Assembly (NCBI GenBank): GCA_033442325.1
Contig: JAWQFM010000007.1
Coordinates: 1,711,642 to 1,722,542 of the forward strand
From: Salpingoeca rosetta
Taxonomy: Eukaryota; Protista; Choanoflagellata
Length of the DNA stretch: 10,901 nt
Direction of reading: 5' to 3'
Each line of letters starts with the position of its first letter. Positions within the stretch are counted from its first letter, which is position 1. A program made the translations under genes and the position numbers. The notes under the pieces are model-generated. The model saw only the letters and a program-made list of their open reading frames with translations. It made no database searches and had not been told where the DNA came from. Below are positions 7,782 to 10,901 of this stretch, piece by piece.

Positions 7782-7922
7782 CATGCATGCCAGCAGAGAG
7801 GAAGGAATGTTTGCCAACGGAAAAGCCACAAAGCAGGTGTTGTTGGCAAACAAGACAAACCCACACGAGAAGGCAAATTAGGAAGGACTCAACACAAAAC
7901 AGAAACTCACTGACTCTCAACA
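7782..7922 (-). repeat. Copia 3' LTR, first 141 bp, cut by the Gypsy LTR
   Basis: TGTTGAGAG begins directly after the PPT at 7922. T-rich LTR-like sequence continues to the Gypsy junction with no terminal CAACA there. Confidence 0.75.
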
Positions 7923-10901
7923 CTCCCCCTCAACTGCCTTCCTCTGCTCCGTCTCAGCCGTCGAGGTTCCCACCAGTCGTGGCAGGTGCTGCTCGAAGGT
8001 CTGCTTGTCCAGTGCCTTGGTCAGCGCGTCGGCATCCATCTGCGTGCCGGGACAGTGCTGCAGCACAATGGTTCCGTCAGCGATGAGCTCCCGCACGAAG
8101 TGGTGGCGTACCCGGATGTGCTTCGTGCGCGGCTTGGTGACGTGGTCGTTGCCGATGGCGATGGCCGCCTGATTATCTGTCAGCATCTTGGTGGCTCCAG
8201 CCTCGGGCTCGCCGAGGTCCATGAGCAGCTGCCGCAGGAAGACGACGTCCTGCGCTGCTGCGGAGATGGCCATGTACTCGGCCTCGGCGGTGCTCAGCGC
8301 AACCGTGGGTTGCAGCCGACTGCTCCAAGACACAAGACAGCCGTTGATGTAGCAGGTGAAGCCCGTCGTGGAGCGGCCCGTCAGCTGNNNNNNNNNNNNN
8401 NNNNNNNNNNNNNNNNNNNNNNNNNNNNNNNNNNNNNNNNNNNNNNNNNNNNNNNNNNNNNNNNNNNNNNNNNNNNNNNNNNNNNNNNNNNNNNNNNNNN
8501 NNNNNNNNNNNNNNNNNNNNNNNNNNNNNNNNNNNNNNNNNNNNNNNNNNNNNNNNNNNNNNNNNNNNNNNNNNNNNNNNNNNNNNNNNNNNNNNNNNNN
8601 NNNNNNNNNNNNNNNNNNNNNNNNNNNNNNNNNNNNNNNNNNNNNNNNNNNNNNNNNNNNNNNNNNNNNNNNNNNNNNNNNNNNNNNNNNNNNNNNNNNN
8701 NNNNNNNNNNNNNNNNNNNNNNNNNNNNNNNNNNNNNNNNNNNNNNNNNNNNNNNNNNNNNNNNNNNNNNNNNNNNNNNNNNNNNNNNNNNNNNNNNNNN
8801 NNNNNNNNNNNNNNNNNNNNNNNNNNNNNNNNNNNNNNNNNNNNNNNNNNNNNNNNNNNNNNNNNNNNNNNNNNNNNNNNNNNNNNNNNNNNNNNNNNNN
8901 NNNNNNNNNNNNNNNNNNNNNNNNNNNNNNNNNNNNNNNNNNNNNNNNNNNNNNNNNNNNNNNNNNNNNNNNNNNNNNNNNNNNNNNNNNNNNCCATCCG
9001 TTGGTCTTGAGGAAGGTGTTGCAGCTCTTGGCCATGCACGGCCAGCTTGTTGAGACCGTAGAGCGGCTTGAGCAGCCGGCACACCTGCCCGCGTAGCGTT
9101 GAGCGCCGTCGCCGATGTCGGTGAAGTGCGGCGGCAGCTCCATGTACAGCTCCTCCTTGAGATCAGCCTGCAGGTAAGCCGACTTGAAGTCGAGCTGGTG
9201 CAGCTGGTGCTGTCGTTGCAGGGAGACGGCGAGTACAGTGAGGATGGTCTTGGCTGCTGGTGTTGGGGCGTAGGTCTGGTCGAAGTCGATGCCCGGTCGC
9301 TGGCTGAAGCCCTTGGCGACCCAGCGTGCCTTGAAGCGCGTCGGCGCGCCCTCAGCATCACGCTTCACCTTGAAGACGAAGCGTGACTTGAGAGGCGTGT
9401 GCTGCCGTGGCACGGCGCTGCGTGGGATGAGCTTGATGACGCCGTTGCGCTCCATCGCCCCGATCTCATCCAGGCATGCCTGAGTCCACTGCTTGCGTTG
9501 CTGGCTCTTGAGTGCCTGCTTGATGCTTGCAGGCTCCGTGAGGCTGGTGTCGCCACTGCTGCTTGCTGTGAACGCGCCTGCCTCGGTGTCGCTTGCATCT
9601 GTTGTGTCGGGGTCGTAGTTGGCGTCGTTGCTGTCGCTGCTGCTGTCGTCGTCAAAGTCCGTGAGCAGGAAGTCTGTCTCGACATCATCGTCCTGGTCCT
9701 CGTCGATGTGAACTGTTGGTGGCTCACCGTCAGTGGTGCTGTTGCTGCTGTCACGTGCACTGGGAAGCTGGAGCATGGGCGATGTCGTGGATGTCTGCAC
9801 TTGCTCCTCCCCCTCATCCACGACATCGGCCTTGGAGAAGGGAAGGAAGCGGACGTGGATGGAGGACACAACAGTGTTTGTGTCTGCGAAGTAGACGAGG
9901 TGGCTGTTGTTGCTGCTATTGTGGCCGACGTAGATGCCTCGGCGGCCCTTGGGCTGCAGGCGACCGCGCTGTGTGCTGATGTGGACGACGGCCGGCTGCC
10001 CGAAGACGTGCAGCTGTGGCACGTGCTTGGGCAGCGAGCCCGTGACAATCTGCAGCGGTGTCTTGCCGTGGAGGGAAGGGCGAGGCATGTTGTTGAGGAT
10101 GTGGAGGGCGTGGTTGCAGGCGAGGCTCCAGTACGATGCGTCAAGGCTTGCACCCGTGATCATGGCTCGCACCATGTCGGAGAGGGTGCGCACCTGTCGC
10201 TCGACGATGCCGTTCTGCGCCTGGGTGTACGGCGGGGACTGCTGGTGCTGCTTCAGGTGCTTCTTGACGATGGCCTGGAAGTCAGCTCCGAGGAAGATGG
10301 CATCGGAATCCGTCTGGAGTGCTGTTGTTGTGGGCGAGATGGGGAGCTTGGTCTCGCGCAGGAAAGACTGGAACGCGGCAACTGCGTCCTTCTTGGCGTT
10401 GAGATGGACTGCATGCAGGAGCTTGCTGCCCTCATCGACGATGACGAGGCTGTAGCGCTTGTTCGTGGGCGAGTCCGCGGTCCAGTCGACGATGTCGGCG
10501 TGAATGCGCTCGCCGGGCACCTGTGTGCGCTCCGCGTGCTTGCTGACGCTGTGACGAGTGCTCTTGGTGACTGCGCACGTTGTACACTGCTTGCTGCTGA
10601 TGGCGTTGCGATCGTCGATGCCCATCAGCTTGCAGTACTGCTGCACGTCGTTGTCGTTGCGGTGGCCAAGCACATCATGCATCGATGGTGTGTGTGCCTT
10701 GCTCTGGGCTGCAGGAGCTGCTGCGTGTTGCTGTGGTTGCTTGCAGGCATCGTTGGTGAGTCCGTGTGCTGTGGGTGGACCAACAGCAACAATGGGCCAG
10801 CATCGGAGGCTGTTGCGCTCCTTCAGCTTGACCTCGGCTCCGTGGCTGAAGCGCACGTAGTGTCCATCAGCGCCATCACGCTGCGAGTGGCCCGTTGGCC
10901 T
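7917..10901 (-). CDS. pol: Copia Pol (integrase, RT, RNase H), 5' partial, spanning a gap
   Basis: Integrase: HDVLGH...CTTC, IHADIV, QTDSD, QNGIVER, RLQPKGRRGIYVG. RT: EPASIKQA, KARWVAKGFSQRPGIDFDQTYAP, QLDFKSAYL. RNase H: RSTTG, STAEAEY, DNQAA, KHI, ADALTK. The frame is open to the window edge. Confidence 0.96.
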   Translation of the reverse strand, partial: RPTGHSQRDGADGHYVRFSHGAEVKLKERNSLRCWPIVAVGPPTAHGLTNDACKQPQQHAAAPAAQSKAHTPSMHDVLGHRNDNDVQQYCKLMGIDDRNAISSKQCTTCAVTKSTRHSVSKHAERTQVPGERIHADIVDWTADSPTNKRYSLVIVDEGSKLLHAVHLNAKKDAVAAFQSFLRETKLPISPTTTALQTDSDAIFLGADFQAIVKKHLKQHQQSPPYTQAQNGIVERQVRTLSDMVRAMITGASLDASYWSLACNHALHILNNMPRPSLHGKTPLQIVTGSLPKHVPQLHVFGQPAVVHISTQRGRLQPKGRRGIYVGHNSSNNSHLVYFADTNTVVSSIHVRFLPFSKADVVDEGEEQVQTSTTSPMLQLPSARDSSNSTTDGEPPTVHIDEDQDDDVETDFLLTDFDDDSSSDSNDANYDPDTTDASDTEAGAFTASSSGDTSLTEPASIKQALKSQQRKQWTQACLDEIGAMERNGVIKLIPRSAVPRQHTPLKSRFVFKVKRDAEGAPTRFKARWVAKGFSQRPGIDFDQTYAPTPAAKTILTVLAVSLQRQHQLHQLDFKSAYLQADLKEELYMELPPHFTDIGDGAQRYAGRCAGCSSRSTVSTSWPCMAKSCNTFLKTNGWXXXXXXXXXXXXXXXXXXXXXXXXXXXXXXXXXXXXXXXXXXXXXXXXXXXXXXXXXXXXXXXXXXXXXXXXXXXXXXXXXXXXXXXXXXXXXXXXXXXXXXXXXXXXXXXXXXXXXXXXXXXXXXXXXXXXXXXXXXXXXXXXXXXXXXXXXXXXXXXXXXXXXXXXXXXXXXXXXXXXXXXXXXXXXXXXXXXXXXXXXXQLTGRSTTGFTCYINGCLVSWSSRLQPTVALSTAEAEYMAISAAAQDVVFLRQLLMDLGEPEAGATKMLTDNQAAIAIGNDHVTKPRTKHIRVRHHFVRELIADGTIVLQHCPGTQMDADALTKALDKQTFEQHLPRLVGTSTAETEQRKAVEGEC
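7923..7931 (-). promoter_or_regulatory. Copia polypurine tract GAGGGGGAG
   Basis: Canonical Copia TTGAGGGGGAG|TGTTG junction. It overlaps the final pol codons (EGEC-stop). Confidence 0.92.
8388..8993. other. N gap (606 nt) hiding the Copia RT catalytic YxDD region
   Basis: Run of N between the RT LYGL region and RNase H RSTTG. Confidence 0.99.

Larger units (their letters stand above)
7782..10901 (-). mobile_element. Ty1/Copia LTR retrotransposon, 3' part (continues beyond window)
   Basis: Domain order IN-RT-RH, followed by a PPT and an LTR start TGTTG. Confidence 0.96.

Noticed and set aside
7838-7845. CAACAACA (minus strand) as the end of a ~85-bp Copia LTR
   Set aside because: It would be unusually short, it lies within the hairpin, and LTR-like composition continues to 7782. 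It cannot be fully excluded without the 5' LTR.
9025-9090. Garbled Copia RT segment RCAGCSSRSTVSTSWPCM
   Set aside because: The expected VCRLLKPLYGL and QAGRAW motifs appear in the other two frames. Three single-base losses near a contig end restore the frame, which points to low-quality sequence.
46-10860. Numerous overlapping and antisense ORFs (e.g. 5363-6331, 6362-7162, 9365-10153) and ORFs spanning N runs
   Set aside because: These are shadow ORFs of GC-rich coding sequence or artefacts of N runs, with no recognisable motifs.
1-10901. Prokaryotic RT systems (retron, DGR, CRISPR-RT), tRNA or rRNA genes
   Set aside because: Both RTs have LTR-retrotransposon domain context. There are no repeat-spacer arrays, and the tRNA similarity at 2450 is only a short antisense PBS.

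Overview
This is a eukaryotic LTR-retrotransposon nest in a gapped draft assembly, GC-rich and containing no host genes. (1) A Ty3/Gypsy copy A supplies RT-RNaseH-integrase at 1-~2438 (+). (2) It is joined abruptly, and in frame, to a ~135-bp Ty1/Copia-like 5' fragment: LTR end CAACA, a half-tRNA-Met-type PBS and a gag start. (3) A nearly identical Gypsy copy B follows at 2573-7781 (+), with a 369-bp LTR, a PBS, gag, a fused CA-NC-PR-RT-RH-IN frame and a partial right LTR. (4) A Ty1/Copia pol (IN-RT-RH) lies on the minus strand at 7917->10901, with a PPT and a 3' LTR interrupted by the Gypsy LTR. The most notable signals are the cryptic Copia fragment, whose PBS matches elongator rather than initiator tRNA-Met, the in-frame Gypsy-integrase/Copia-gag fusion, and both Gypsy ends lying in Copia sequence with no target-site duplication. 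Four N gaps and probable sequencing indels limit certainty, and assembly artefact cannot be excluded for the junctions.
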